From the NCBI GenBank assembly GCA_021324655.1, contig JAJPIP010000041.1:49-64048 (forward strand): DNA of 64,000 nt, given 5' to 3'. This document shows, piece by piece, positions 1 through 9,041 of this stretch. Made by a program: the position numbers and the translations under genes. The notes under the pieces were generated by a model, which ran no database searches, was not told the DNA's origin, and saw only the letters and a program-made list of their open reading frames with translations. This DNA comes from Pseudomonadota bacterium. GTDB lineage: Bacteria > Chloroflexota > UBA5177. Numbering within the stretch: the first letter of the stretch is position 1; every line of letters starts with the position of its first letter.

Positions 1-801
1 CGGAGCGACCCGGCAGTGCCGGCACTGCTGGCTCAGCTGGCCGGCGCCGAGCCCGGCCCTCGCGTGACGGCCGCCGTGGAGATGGGCGTGACGTCGGCCG
101 CCGATTTGAGCGGGCAGTTGCGTCTCCCGGAGCCGGCGGTGCGCGCCGAACTCTCCCGTCTCGAGGTCGCCGGCTTTGTCGTGCAAACGGGCGATCGCGT
201 GTGGTCGCGACAGAGGTGGACAAGCTTGGCCTCGCGCGGCGCCGATACATTGAGCAAGTACCACCGCGAGCACCCGCTCAGGTCCGGCATGCCCTCCGAG
301 GAGTTGAGGCAGCGCCTGCGTGTCCGGCCGCAAGACTGGGGCGACGTCCTGGGCGTATTGGAGCGGCAGGGAACCATCCGGAGGAAAGGTCCGGTGGTGG
401 CGCTGGCGGCTCACGAAAGTTCTTTGAAGTCCCGCGCCGCGGATGTCGATCGTGTCATGGGAGTGCTGGCCGCAGAGCCCACGACGCCGCCTTCCGGGCG
501 GGACCTTCTGTCGGCGGCCGGCGTGGACGAGAACTTACTGGCGGCCCTGGTCCAGGAGGGTCTTGTCGTGCGCGTGTCCCCCGGCCTGTACTTGCGGCGC
601 GAGGTCTACGACCGGCTTGTGAATGAAGCGATCGCCATTATCGACACGCGGGGCCATGTGAACGTCGCCGAGTTTCGCGACGCCGCCGGTACCTCGCGCA
701 AGTACGCGCTGGCATTCCTCGAGCACCTTGACGCGATTCGGGTGACACGGCGCGTCGGCGACGAGCGGGTCCGCGGCACGCGGGCACCCACGTGCGCGTA
801 G
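1..801 (+). CDS. selB: Selenocysteine-specific elongation factor SelB, C-terminal winged-helix (mRNA/SECIS-binding) domains; 5'-partial, gene begins upstream of the window
   Basis: Frame of ORF 16..801 is open back to nt 1. The C-terminal 'AEFRDAAGTSRKYALAFLEHLDAIRVTRRVGDERV' closely matches the last winged-helix domain of SelB. Stop TAG at 799-801. Confidence 0.7.
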   Translation, partial: RSDPAVPALLAQLAGAEPGPRVTAAVEMGVTSAADLSGQLRLPEPAVRAELSRLEVAGFVVQTGDRVWSRQRWTSLASRGADTLSKYHREHPLRSGMPSEELRQRLRVRPQDWGDVLGVLERQGTIRRKGPVVALAAHESSLKSRAADVDRVMGVLAAEPTTPPSGRDLLSAAGVDENLLAALVQEGLVVRVSPGLYLRREVYDRLVNEAIAIIDTRGHVNVAEFRDAAGTSRKYALAFLEHLDAIRVTRRVGDERVRGTRAPTCA

Positions 802-1895
802 GCGTTCTCGCTTACTTACTCCAGAGTCGGCGCGACTATCGCGCCGCGGGCGTGAGCGTGTATACGGAGCAATTACTGCGGAACCTCAGCTCGGCCGCGC
901 CCCACCTCGCTTTGACGGCATTTGTACCGCCGGACGCGCCGCCGCTCTCCGCCATGGCGGTACGCCGCGCGCCAATCAGTACTCATCGGTCGGCGGTCCG
1001 CATCGTCTGGGAGCAGGCAGCCGTGCCTTGGTTGGTGCGCGGGCAGGATGTCGTGCACAGCACGGTCAATACCCTCCCTCTGATGGCCGGCCGGCCCACG
1101 GTGTTGACCATCCACGATTTGTCATTTCTACGCTTTCCCGATCGGCTCCCACCGGGGCGGCGTGCCTTTCTCGGGGCGGCCGTCCCCGTGTCGGCCCGCC
1201 GCGCGACACGCGTCATCGCCATATCTGAGAGCACGAAACGCGACATCGTGGAGTTGTTGCGCGTTCCGGAGGACAGGATCCGCGTGGTGCATCAGGGTGT
1301 GGACGCGCGATTTCGGCCCGGCCCCAGCGCGGTGGCCGGCGAGTATTTCGGCGGGCGTCCGTACATCCTGCACGTTGGAACGCTTGAGCCGCGCAAGAAC
1401 ATCGATCTCCTCGTGCGCGCCTTCTCCGGCCTGCGTCGAGACGGCGCTCCGCACGTGCTGGCACTGATCGGGGCCCGAGGCTGGATGTACGAACCGCTCT
1501 TCCACCTCGTGCGCTCCCTTGGCCTGGAAGATCACGTTCGCTTCCTCGATTACGTCCCTCCAGACGAATTACCACGCTGGTATAATGGCGCCGATTTGTT
1601 CGCTTACCCTTCGGCGTACGAGGGTTTCGGCCTCCCCGTCCTCGAGGCCATGGCGTGCGGAGTACCCACGGTGACCTCGAACGCGAGCAGCCTGGGAGAA
1701 GTGGCGGGAACAGCAGCGTTGACCGTGGAAGCCGGATCCGACACCGATCTGCGTGGCGCCATGGCGCGCGTGTTGGAGAATCCCTCGCTGGCCGCGAACC
1801 TCCGTCAGTCCGGTCTGGTCCGGGCACGCGAGTTCACCTGGGAAAAGACGGCACGTCGAACGGCCGAGGTCTACGAGGAGGCGGCGCGCGGGTGA
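792..1895 (+). CDS. Glycosyltransferase family 4 (group 1 GT, retaining GT-B)
   Basis: 367 aa with the characteristic 'EGFGLPVLEAMACGVPTVTS' GT4 C-terminal motif. GTG start at 792 overlaps the selB stop (GTGCGCGTAG). Confidence 0.85.
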   Translation: MRVGVLAYLLQSRRDYRAAGVSVYTEQLLRNLSSAAPHLALTAFVPPDAPPLSAMAVRRAPISTHRSAVRIVWEQAAVPWLVRGQDVVHSTVNTLPLMAGRPTVLTIHDLSFLRFPDRLPPGRRAFLGAAVPVSARRATRVIAISESTKRDIVELLRVPEDRIRVVHQGVDARFRPGPSAVAGEYFGGRPYILHVGTLEPRKNIDLLVRAFSGLRRDGAPHVLALIGARGWMYEPLFHLVRSLGLEDHVRFLDYVPPDELPRWYNGADLFAYPSAYEGFGLPVLEAMACGVPTVTSNASSLGEVAGTAALTVEAGSDTDLRGAMARVLENPSLAANLRQSGLVRAREFTWEKTARRTAEVYEEAARG

Positions 1896-3361
1896 GCATT
1901 TCGGAGGCGAAAGAGGTCGTCGCGGCACGGGCCGGCCACCAATCTTCACACTGGCGCCGCATGATTCCGGCCTTCCTGGCAGGTTTGGACGCGGCCCTTA
2001 TCTTGTTGGCCTTCGCCGCGGCCTACTGGACGCGCTACTCCCTCAAACTGGGGCCACACATCCAGGACCAGGTCTCGGCCGGGCAGTACCTCCCGCTCGT
2101 CGCGCTCTTGCTTCTCGTGCTGATGTGCGTGATGACGCTGAAGGGCGCCTACAGCACGAGCCTCAGTCGGGAGTCCGTGGACGAGATCACGGTCATCGTC
2201 AGCTCAGCCACGATTTCGATCGCCGCGATCGTCGTCACCACGACGATGCTGCACCGCTATGAGTACTCCCGCGGTGTCATCATCTATCTCTGGTTGCTGA
2301 TCATTCTGCTGATGTCCGTGGGACGGGTCGTGTTCCGCGGTGTCCAGGCTGCCTTCTATCGGAGAGGAAAGGGCATCCGCCGCTTGCTCGTCGTCGGTGC
2401 CTCCGACACCGGCAAGATGATCATGCAAAGTGTCATGAGCCGGCCGGACCTCGGCTATCAACTCGCCGGTTTCGTGGACGGGCATGTTGGCCGAACGGTG
2501 CGTGACTTTGGGCGCTTCCGGGCACTTGGGACGCTGCGCGAGATTCCGGGTTTACTGGATGCGGGCGACGTGGACGAAATCATTATTGCCCTGCCGGCAT
2601 CCGCCCACGAGGAAATCACGCCGATTCTCGGGATGTGCGAACGGTACGGTGTAGGCCTGAAGTTGGTCCCCGACCTGTTTGAAATGAGCCTGGGGCGCGT
2701 GCATCTGGATGACATCGCGGGTATCCCGCTGCTGGATGTCAAGGATCGCCCGCTTCGGCAGCTGGAGCGCTCATTGAAGCGGGGCATCGATCTTGTGCTG
2801 GCCTCGGCGCTGCTGCTCGTCTCGCTGCCCATAGGCGCGATGATCGCCGCCCTCATTTCCATGGAGTCAGGGCGGCCGGTGCTGCTGCGGCAGGAGCGGG
2901 TGGGTGTCGGGGGCCGCCGGTTCCGCTGCTACAAGTTCCGCACCATGCGACACGACGCGCTGACGCTCAAGTCGGTGCTCGATGACCACAACGAGGCCGA
3001 CGGGCCACTCTTCAAGATGCGCAATGATCCACGCTGCACTCCGGTGGGGCGCGCACTCCGGCGATGGAGCCTGGACGAGATCCCGCAGCTGTGGAACGTG
3101 GTGAAAGGCGACATGAGTCTGGTCGGACCGCGCCCCCCTCTTCCCGACGAGGTGGCTCACTACGACGCGCGCCAGAGGCGCCGGCTCGACGTCAAGCCAG
3201 GCATGACCGGCATCTGGCAGGTGAGCGGGCGCAGCGATCTTGGATTCGATGAGATGGTCCTGATGGACCTGTACTACGTTGACAACTGGTCGATTGCTCT
3301 CGACATAAAGATCACGATTCAAACCGTCAAGGCGGTCCTCGCGCGCCGCGGGGCGTACTGA
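1892..3361 (+). CDS. Polyprenyl-phosphate sugar-1-phosphate transferase (WbaP/PssA-like 'bacterial sugar transferase' with N-terminal TM and CoA-binding-like domain), initiating enzyme of exopolysaccharide synthesis
   Basis: C-terminal 'SLVGPRPPLPDEVAHY...KPGMTGIWQVSGRSDLGFDEMVLMDLYYVDNWSIALDIKI' is the bacterial sugar transferase signature. The GTG at 1892 overlaps the GT4 stop (GTGA); an alternative ATG lies at 1961. The ORF-track extension back to 1655 is rejected. Confidence 0.85.
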   Translation: MSISEAKEVVAARAGHQSSHWRRMIPAFLAGLDAALILLAFAAAYWTRYSLKLGPHIQDQVSAGQYLPLVALLLLVLMCVMTLKGAYSTSLSRESVDEITVIVSSATISIAAIVVTTTMLHRYEYSRGVIIYLWLLIILLMSVGRVVFRGVQAAFYRRGKGIRRLLVVGASDTGKMIMQSVMSRPDLGYQLAGFVDGHVGRTVRDFGRFRALGTLREIPGLLDAGDVDEIIIALPASAHEEITPILGMCERYGVGLKLVPDLFEMSLGRVHLDDIAGIPLLDVKDRPLRQLERSLKRGIDLVLASALLLVSLPIGAMIAALISMESGRPVLLRQERVGVGGRRFRCYKFRTMRHDALTLKSVLDDHNEADGPLFKMRNDPRCTPVGRALRRWSLDEIPQLWNVVKGDMSLVGPRPPLPDEVAHYDARQRRRLDVKPGMTGIWQVSGRSDLGFDEMVLMDLYYVDNWSIALDIKITIQTVKAVLARRGAY

Positions 3362-4050
3362 TGGACTGGATGTCTTACCTGGCGATTCTTCGACGGCGCT
3401 GGGTGATCATCGCGGCCATTCTTGTCCTCGATCTCGCCGCCACCGGCTACCTGTACCACAAGGCACAGAGATCTGCCGGATATCAATCCTGTCTCGAGCT
3501 CTACGTCGGCGATGCCGGAGCCGCCTCGTACATCATCGCGCCCGGAACCAACCTGATGGACACGCAGAGCCAGGCCCTCGCGGGCGAGACGGCCGCCAAC
3601 TTCTTCGCCGACGACGTGGTAGACGTCTCGGGGAGCCGGAGTGTGAGCTCGTACATTCAGACCGACATGCAGCACGGCAGTGCACTGGTCTCTGGGCCGA
3701 TCGCATTCTCCATCAGCGGCTCACGGGTCGATCGGACCGTCAATCTGTGCGTGAATGACGCCGATGCATCGCAGGCGGGAGTTGCCGCGGCGTACCTGGC
3801 TCGCGCCATGACCACCGACCGCAAGCTGTTCTTCGGTCCGGTCGCCAAGCGCATCTATACGAATGTGATCGGCGCGCCGGTGACGAGCCCCGTCCCATCC
3901 GGGCACGCGGCGCTTACTGCCTTGCTCCGGCTGGTGCTTGGACTCCTGGTCGCGCTCGGTGTTGGATTCGTCTGGGATGCGCTCGATCCCACGGTCCGCG
4001 ACCGGGCCGACGCAGAGCGCGCTCTCGGCGTGCCGGTTATCTCCAGCTAG
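3361..4050 (+). CDS. Wzz/chain-length-determinant-like membrane protein (polysaccharide co-polymerase N-terminal domain, two TM segments)
   Basis: ATGA overlap with the upstream gene. N-terminal TM 'WVIIAAILVLDLAATGYLY' followed by a periplasmic-type segment and C-terminal TM 'LLRLVLGLLVALGVGFVW'. Architecture resembles the CpsC/Wzz half of a split BY-kinase. Confidence 0.55.
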   Translation: MDWMSYLAILRRRWVIIAAILVLDLAATGYLYHKAQRSAGYQSCLELYVGDAGAASYIIAPGTNLMDTQSQALAGETAANFFADDVVDVSGSRSVSSYIQTDMQHGSALVSGPIAFSISGSRVDRTVNLCVNDADASQAGVAAAYLARAMTTDRKLFFGPVAKRIYTNVIGAPVTSPVPSGHAALTALLRLVLGLLVALGVGFVWDALDPTVRDRADAERALGVPVISS

Positions 4051-4051
4051 C

Positions 4052-4459
4052 GTGTCAGACCGTCGGCTGCCGATGCTGGGCGCGCGTCTCGCCGTGCTCG
4101 CTTCCGATGCGCGGTCCGTCCTGCTGGCCGGCGCAACGTCCGATGTGCCAACGGACGGACTGGCCCGGGCGGTTGTGACAGCGCTGGGCGAGACAGGTCG
4201 CGGGGCCCGCGCGGTGGACCTGGCCGACAATCCGGACCTGGCCGCCGGCGGATCCTCCGCGTCGCCTGCCTCCACCGTCACGGTGATCGCGGGACGCGGT
4301 CTCCTTGATGATCCTGCCACACTACTGACAGCCCGGCGCGTCGACGCCATAGTGGTCGTCGTTCGGCGTGGGCGCACGACGCGGCGTGATCTACAGGAAG
4401 TACGGCGGGAACTGATGGAAGTCGGCGCGCCCCTAGTTGGCTCCATCGTGGTCGACTGA
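4052..4459 (+). CDS. Degenerate BY-kinase (CpsD/CapB-like P-loop ATPase) domain protein lacking Walker A; probable non-catalytic partner of the Wzz-like protein
   Basis: 'TVTVIAGRGLLDDPATLLTARRVDAIVVVVRRGRTTRRDLQEVRRELMEVGAPLVGSIVVD' aligns by eye with the BY-kinase core (…VLTAG…VDGVLLVVRAGKTRREEV…VGAPVLGVVLN). The position where GxGKS/T is expected reads 'AGATSDVPTDG', and the protein is only ~135 aa. Start GTG 4052 or ATG 4073. Confidence 0.5.
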   Translation: MSDRRLPMLGARLAVLASDARSVLLAGATSDVPTDGLARAVVTALGETGRGARAVDLADNPDLAAGGSSASPASTVTVIAGRGLLDDPATLLTARRVDAIVVVVRRGRTTRRDLQEVRRELMEVGAPLVGSIVVD

Positions 4460-5632
4460 GTCACGCTCGTCCAGCAAAGGGACGATTCGATCCCAGAGGA
4501 TGCGCGCCACCTGCCGCTTCGACATCTCGGGAAGTCGTTCGACGCCGTTTTCGGTCACGAGCGCCACGCGGTTGGTGTCGGCGCCGAACGGCGAACGGTC
4601 TGCCGCGACCGCATTGGCCACCACCAGATGCTGCCCCTTGCGACGCAACTTGTCCCGGGCACGCGCCTCCAGATCCTCCGTCTCCAGAGCGAACCCCACA
4701 TGGACGGCATGTGGCGCTACCGTCACCGCTTCCGCCGCGATATCACGCGTGCCTTCCAGCTCGATCCGGAGGGAATCGCCGCGTGCGATTTTCCCCGCGC
4801 GCCGTGATGCCGGCCGGAAATCCGCCACCGCAGCCGCCATGACCACCACATCCTGACGAGGCGCGAAGGACACGACGACATCGCGCATCTGTTGGTGCGT
4901 TTCCACTCGCACAAGCTCGACTCCATCGGGCGGCGTTACGGCCGTCGGACCGGCGACAACAGTCACCTGCGCACCGCGGTCGCGCGCCTCACTTGCCACG
5001 GCGAATCCCATCTTGCCGCTACTGCGGTTACCGATGAACCGCACGTCGTCGAGCGCCTCGTAGGTGGGCCCGGCCGTCACGAGGACGCGGCGACCCTCCA
5101 GGTCCCGCGTTCCCATCGCGGCCTCGATGGCATCGACAATCGGGAGCGGCTCCGCCATGCGCCCTTCTCCCTCGGCGCCCGAGGCAAGGCGTCCGGTCTC
5201 CGGCCCAACGATGACCGCCCCTCGGTCGCGCAAGATCGCCATGTGTCCGATTGTTGCCGGATGGCGCCACATCGCCGTTTCCATCGCCGGCGCCACCACG
5301 ACAGGACCTGGGAAGGCCAGAGCCGTGGCTCCGAGGACGTCGGAAGTGAGTCCGAGTGCAAGGCGGGCGATGGCACCGGCACTGGCCGGAGCGACCGCGA
5401 GAACTTCAGCCCAGTGAGCGAGGTCGAGATGCTCGATGGCCGCTTCGTCATCCCAGAGTGAGATCGCTACCGAATGACCGGTTATTCCCTGGAACGTCGC
5501 GGGCGCGACGAAGCGGGAACCGCCGGTCGTGAGAATGACCCGGACATCATGTCCCCGCCGGACCAGTTCGCCGGCGATAGCCGCGGCTTTGAATGCCGCA
5601 ATGCTTCCGGAAACGCCGAGGAGCACACGCAT
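4433..5632 (-). CDS. coaBC: Bifunctional phosphopantothenoylcysteine decarboxylase / phosphopantothenate-cysteine ligase
   Basis: 399 aa. N-terminal flavoprotein motif 'MRVLLGVSGSIAAFKAAAIAGELVRRGHDVRVILT' and C-terminal CoaB ligase domain. Confidence 0.9.
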   Translation of the reverse strand: MRVLLGVSGSIAAFKAAAIAGELVRRGHDVRVILTTGGSRFVAPATFQGITGHSVAISLWDDEAAIEHLDLAHWAEVLAVAPASAGAIARLALGLTSDVLGATALAFPGPVVVAPAMETAMWRHPATIGHMAILRDRGAVIVGPETGRLASGAEGEGRMAEPLPIVDAIEAAMGTRDLEGRRVLVTAGPTYEALDDVRFIGNRSSGKMGFAVASEARDRGAQVTVVAGPTAVTPPDGVELVRVETHQQMRDVVVSFAPRQDVVVMAAAVADFRPASRRAGKIARGDSLRIELEGTRDIAAEAVTVAPHAVHVGFALETEDLEARARDKLRRKGQHLVVANAVAADRSPFGADTNRVALVTENGVERLPEMSKRQVARILWDRIVPLLDERDSVDHDGAN

Positions 5633-5743
5633 GGTGAATCCTTGACTGATTAGCGAATTGACGGCTACAATTTGGGTGATTGAGAGGCCACAGGCCCGCC
5701 GGGAGCCCCTGCTCCCGGCACTTTTGTCGGGGAGGGTGCGTCC

Positions 5744-6013
5744 ATGAGCGATATCAGTATCCCGCGAGAACCCAGGCCGACGGGCTCGCCCCTCATTCGC
5801 AATCTAACGATCGCCGCCAGCGGCCTCACGGCAGCGAGCATCGCGGTCAATCTCATCCTACAGATCGCACACTACATGAAGAAGAGGCCCGTCCAGCCCG
5901 ACCAGAGAGATCGGATCCAGGCCGTGCAGTTGGTCATCATGATCCTGAAGACCTCGCCCGGGCTGGTCAAGCAAGTGCGGCTCTTCGTCGATCAGCTTCA
6001 GGGAAAGGCCTAA
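5744..6013 (+). CDS. Small hypothetical protein (89 aa), function unknown
   Basis: GGGGAGGG RBS 6-7 nt upstream of the ATG. Sits immediately upstream of rpmE on the same strand. One hydrophobic segment '[21 protein letters not shown]'. Confidence 0.45.
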   Translation: MSDISIPREPRPTGSPLIRNLTIAASGLTAASIAVNLILQIAHYMKKRPVQPDQRDRIQAVQLVIMILKTSPGLVKQVRLFVDQLQGKA

Positions 6014-6026
6014 GAGAGGACATCAG

Positions 6027-6236
6027 ATGAAAAAGGGGATCCATCCCGAGTACGTGGAGTCGACGGTGACCTGTTCGTGTGGCAACACGTTCACGACCCG
6101 TTCGACTCGCCCACAACTACGAGTGGACGTATGCTCCAACTGCCACCCGTTCTACACCGGGACCCAGCGCATTGTCGACGCCACGGGACAGGTGGAGCGG
6201 TTCCGCAAACGCTTTAACCTTCAGAACAGCAAGTAG
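6027..6236 (+). CDS. rpmE: 50S ribosomal protein L31 (type A, zinc-ribbon CxxC…CxxC)
   Basis: 'MKKGIHPEY…CSCGN…[10 protein letters not shown]' is the canonical L31 sequence. Confidence 0.95.
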   Translation: MKKGIHPEYVESTVTCSCGNTFTTRSTRPQLRVDVCSNCHPFYTGTQRIVDATGQVERFRKRFNLQNSK

Positions 6237-6245
6237 CATGAGCGC

Positions 6246-7133
6246 GTGAGCCGGGCCATGGCCCGGCTCTCTGCGTACTTTCTCCCCATGCCTCAAACGT
6301 TCTACGGCGGTCAGGCGGTCATCGAGGGCGTCATGATGCGCGGACCGAGCGCCGCTGCGGTAGCCGTCCGGAACCGGCAGGGCACGATTGTGGTGCGGCG
6401 AGAGGATCTGTCGTCGCCGACGCGGCGCGTCGCCTCACTGCCGTTCGTTCGCGGCCTCGTGCAGCTTCGCGAGATGCTCGTGCTGGGGACGCGGATGCTC
6501 CTGTACTCCGCCGCCGTCCAGGCGGGGACGTCCGATCAGGAGATGCCGCGCGGCGTGCTCGTTATCGTCATGATCTCGTCTCTCGCCTTCGCTCTCGGGC
6601 TGTTTTTCGTGCTGCCGTTGTTGGTCGCCAGGGGTCCGCTGCCGGCGCCTGTCGAGGGCGTGGTCCGTCTCGCGATCTTTCTGGGTTACCTTGCCCTTAT
6701 TCGCCGTTTTCCGCGCGTGCGCCGAGTGTTTCAATACCATGGGGCCGAGCATAAGACCATCAATGCGTTCGAAGCGGGCGCCGCGCTCACCCCAGCCCAC
6801 GTCCAGAGCTTCAGCACGGCGCACACCCGGTGCGGGACCGCCTTTCTCCTGTGGGTCGTCGTGCTGTCGGCGATCGCTTTCTCGGTAGTCAACCCACCGT
6901 CGCTCGTCCTGGCCATCGTGGCGCGGATTATCCTGATACCGCTTATCGCCGCGATCGGCTACGAGATGCTTCGGCTCGGCACTCGGTACTACGGGGTGCC
7001 TGCGGTCAGGCTCCTGGTTCAGCCGAGCCTCTGGTTACAGAGCCTCACCACGGCCGAGCCGGACGACGACCAGGTCGAGACGGCGATCGTGGCGCTACGG
7101 GCGGTACTCGCGGACGGAGTCAGCGTCCGATGA
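6246..7133 (+). CDS. DUF1385-family membrane protein conserved between rpmE and prfA
   Basis: 'YHGAEHKTINAFEAG' motif, several TM helices, and conserved position upstream of prfA/prmC. Its stop overlaps the prfA start. Confidence 0.6.
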   Translation: MSRAMARLSAYFLPMPQTFYGGQAVIEGVMMRGPSAAAVAVRNRQGTIVVRREDLSSPTRRVASLPFVRGLVQLREMLVLGTRMLLYSAAVQAGTSDQEMPRGVLVIVMISSLAFALGLFFVLPLLVARGPLPAPVEGVVRLAIFLGYLALIRRFPRVRRVFQYHGAEHKTINAFEAGAALTPAHVQSFSTAHTRCGTAFLLWVVVLSAIAFSVVNPPSLVLAIVARIILIPLIAAIGYEMLRLGTRYYGVPAVRLLVQPSLWLQSLTTAEPDDDQVETAIVALRAVLADGVSVR

Positions 7134-8200
7134 TGGATCGTCTGACCGCCATCCTGGAGCGCTATAACGAGTTGGGCGAGCGCATGGCGTCGCCGGACGT
7201 CGTTTCTGACGCTGGTCTGCTGCAGAGGTATGCGCGGGAGCATGCGCAGCTCAGTCCGATTGTGGATCTCTTTGGGCAACTGCGCCGCACGGAAATCGGG
7301 ATCGAGGAAGCGCGGGACATCCTGAGCGACGGAGCGGACGAGGATTTGCGCGACCTGGCTCGCGATGAATTGCGCGAGCTGGAAACGCGCCGGCAGCACC
7401 AGACTGAAGAGCTGAAGCGCCTGTTGGTGCCGCGCGATCCGAACGATGAAAAGAATGCCATCATGGAGATCCGCGGGAGCGCTGGAGGCGAGGAGGCGAA
7501 CCTTTTCGCCCAGGAACTCTTCCGTCTGTATACGTCGTATGCGGAGCGCCAGAGATGGCATGTCGAGATCCTGGACCTGACGGAGAGCGACCTCGGCGGG
7601 GTCAAAGAGGTGATCTTCGAGGTCCGTGGTCCGGGTGCATACGGCCGCCTGAAGTACGAGAGCGGCGTGCACCGTGTGCAGCGCGTGCCGGTCACGGAAT
7701 CGGGTGGGAGAATTCACACATCCACGGCCAGTGTGATCGTGCTCCCGGAGGCTGAAGACGTCGACGTGGAGATCCGGCCGGACGACCTGCGCATCGACGT
7801 ATTTCGCTCGCACGGTCACGGCGGGCAGGGGGTCAACACCACTGACTCTGCGGTGCGCGTCACCCATCTCCCGACCGGCATCGTCGTGACGTGCCAGAAC
7901 GAGCGATCCCAGATCCAGAACCGAGCCAGCGCGATGGCGGTCTTGCGGTCACGCCTCTACGCGCTAGAGCAGGAGCGGCGGGAGAAGGAGTTGGGCGCGG
8001 CCCGCAAGTCGCAGGTGGCGAGCGGCGAGCGCTCGGAAAAGATCAGAACGTACAACTTCCCGCAGGACCGCGTCACTGATCACCGCGTCAATCTCACACT
8101 CCACAACCTCCCCGGCATCATGCAGGGCAATATCGACCAATTCATTTCGGCTCTCGAACTTCGGGAACAGCAACGGTTGCTCGACGACGAGGGCATGTGA
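7130..8200 (+). CDS. prfA: Peptide chain release factor 1
   Basis: Start 'MMDRLTAILERYNELGERMA' at 7130 overlaps the upstream stop. 'SHGHGGQGVNTTDSAVRVTHLPTGIVV' contains the GGQ motif. The N-terminal extension in the ORF track (from 6830) is rejected. Confidence 0.95.
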   Translation: MMDRLTAILERYNELGERMASPDVVSDAGLLQRYAREHAQLSPIVDLFGQLRRTEIGIEEARDILSDGADEDLRDLARDELRELETRRQHQTEELKRLLVPRDPNDEKNAIMEIRGSAGGEEANLFAQELFRLYTSYAERQRWHVEILDLTESDLGGVKEVIFEVRGPGAYGRLKYESGVHRVQRVPVTESGGRIHTSTASVIVLPEAEDVDVEIRPDDLRIDVFRSHGHGGQGVNTTDSAVRVTHLPTGIVVTCQNERSQIQNRASAMAVLRSRLYALEQERREKELGAARKSQVASGERSEKIRTYNFPQDRVTDHRVNLTLHNLPGIMQGNIDQFISALELREQQRLLDDEGM

Positions 8201-8228
8201 GCTGACACGCCCGGGCGACGTTCGGACC

Positions 8229-9041
8229 GTGTCGGAGGTGCTGGCGGAGGCCCGGAGACAGCTCCACGCCTCCCACACCGCATCACTCGACGCTCAGTTG
8301 CTCCTCGGCCACGTCCTGGACAAGCCGCGGTCGTGGATACTCGCCCACCCCGACGCCGGGCTCGACACTGACACGTACGGGAGCTTCGCCGCCCTGGTCG
8401 CGCGGCGCGTCGAGGGCGTTCCAGTCGCATATCTGCGCGGCTGGGTCGAGTGGTTCGGACTGCGGCTCGAAGTGACGCCGGACGTGTTGGTGCCCCGGCC
8501 GGAAACAGAGCTCCTGGTGGAGCACGCTGCCGAGATTGCGGAGAGCCGGGGCGCGCGGGTTCTGGTGGACATCGGAACGGGAAGCGGGGCAATCGCCATC
8601 GCCCTGGCACGCCTGCTTCCGGCGGCCCGGGTGATCGCCACCGACGTGAGCTCGGCGGCTTTGAAGGTCGCATCTCGCAACGTGCGGCGGCTGTCTCCCG
8701 ATCGTGTTGCCCTCTACGAGACATCCTTGCTGCAGGCGCTGCCGGAGAAACCAGACCTGATCGTGGCGAACTTGCCCTATCTTTCGGACCGGATGATGCG
8801 GGAGCTGGACAGAGATGTACGCCACGAGCCCCCGCCGGCGCTCTATGGCGGACCCACCGGCCTCGAGTTGTATGAGCGTCTGATTGCCCAGGCGGAGAGG
8901 CAGGAGACCCGTCCGTCTGCTGTCTTCGAGATCGATCCGCGGCAGGCCGAGCGGGCGCGGCAGCTATGGGGTAACCGCGGCCTGCGCCTGCTCGACGATT
9001 ATTCCGGCCGCCCGCGCATCGCTATCCTGGAAACGTCCTGA
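8229..9041 (+). CDS. prmC: Release factor glutamine N5-methyltransferase (HemK/PrmC)
   Basis: 'IVANLPYL' NPPY motif, SAM-binding 'VLVDIGTGSGAIAIALA'. Lies downstream of prfA. Confidence 0.9.
   Translation: MSEVLAEARRQLHASHTASLDAQLLLGHVLDKPRSWILAHPDAGLDTDTYGSFAALVARRVEGVPVAYLRGWVEWFGLRLEVTPDVLVPRPETELLVEHAAEIAESRGARVLVDIGTGSGAIAIALARLLPAARVIATDVSSAALKVASRNVRRLSPDRVALYETSLLQALPEKPDLIVANLPYLSDRMMRELDRDVRHEPPPALYGGPTGLELYERLIAQAERQETRPSAVFEIDPRQAERARQLWGNRGLRLLDDYSGRPRIAILETS

Noticed and set aside
1655-1891. N-terminal extension of the sugar-transferase ORF (Arg/Gly-rich 'MRSTHGDLEREQPGRSGG…')
   Set aside because: Overlaps the end of the GT4 gene in another frame. The real start is GTG 1892 or ATG 1961.
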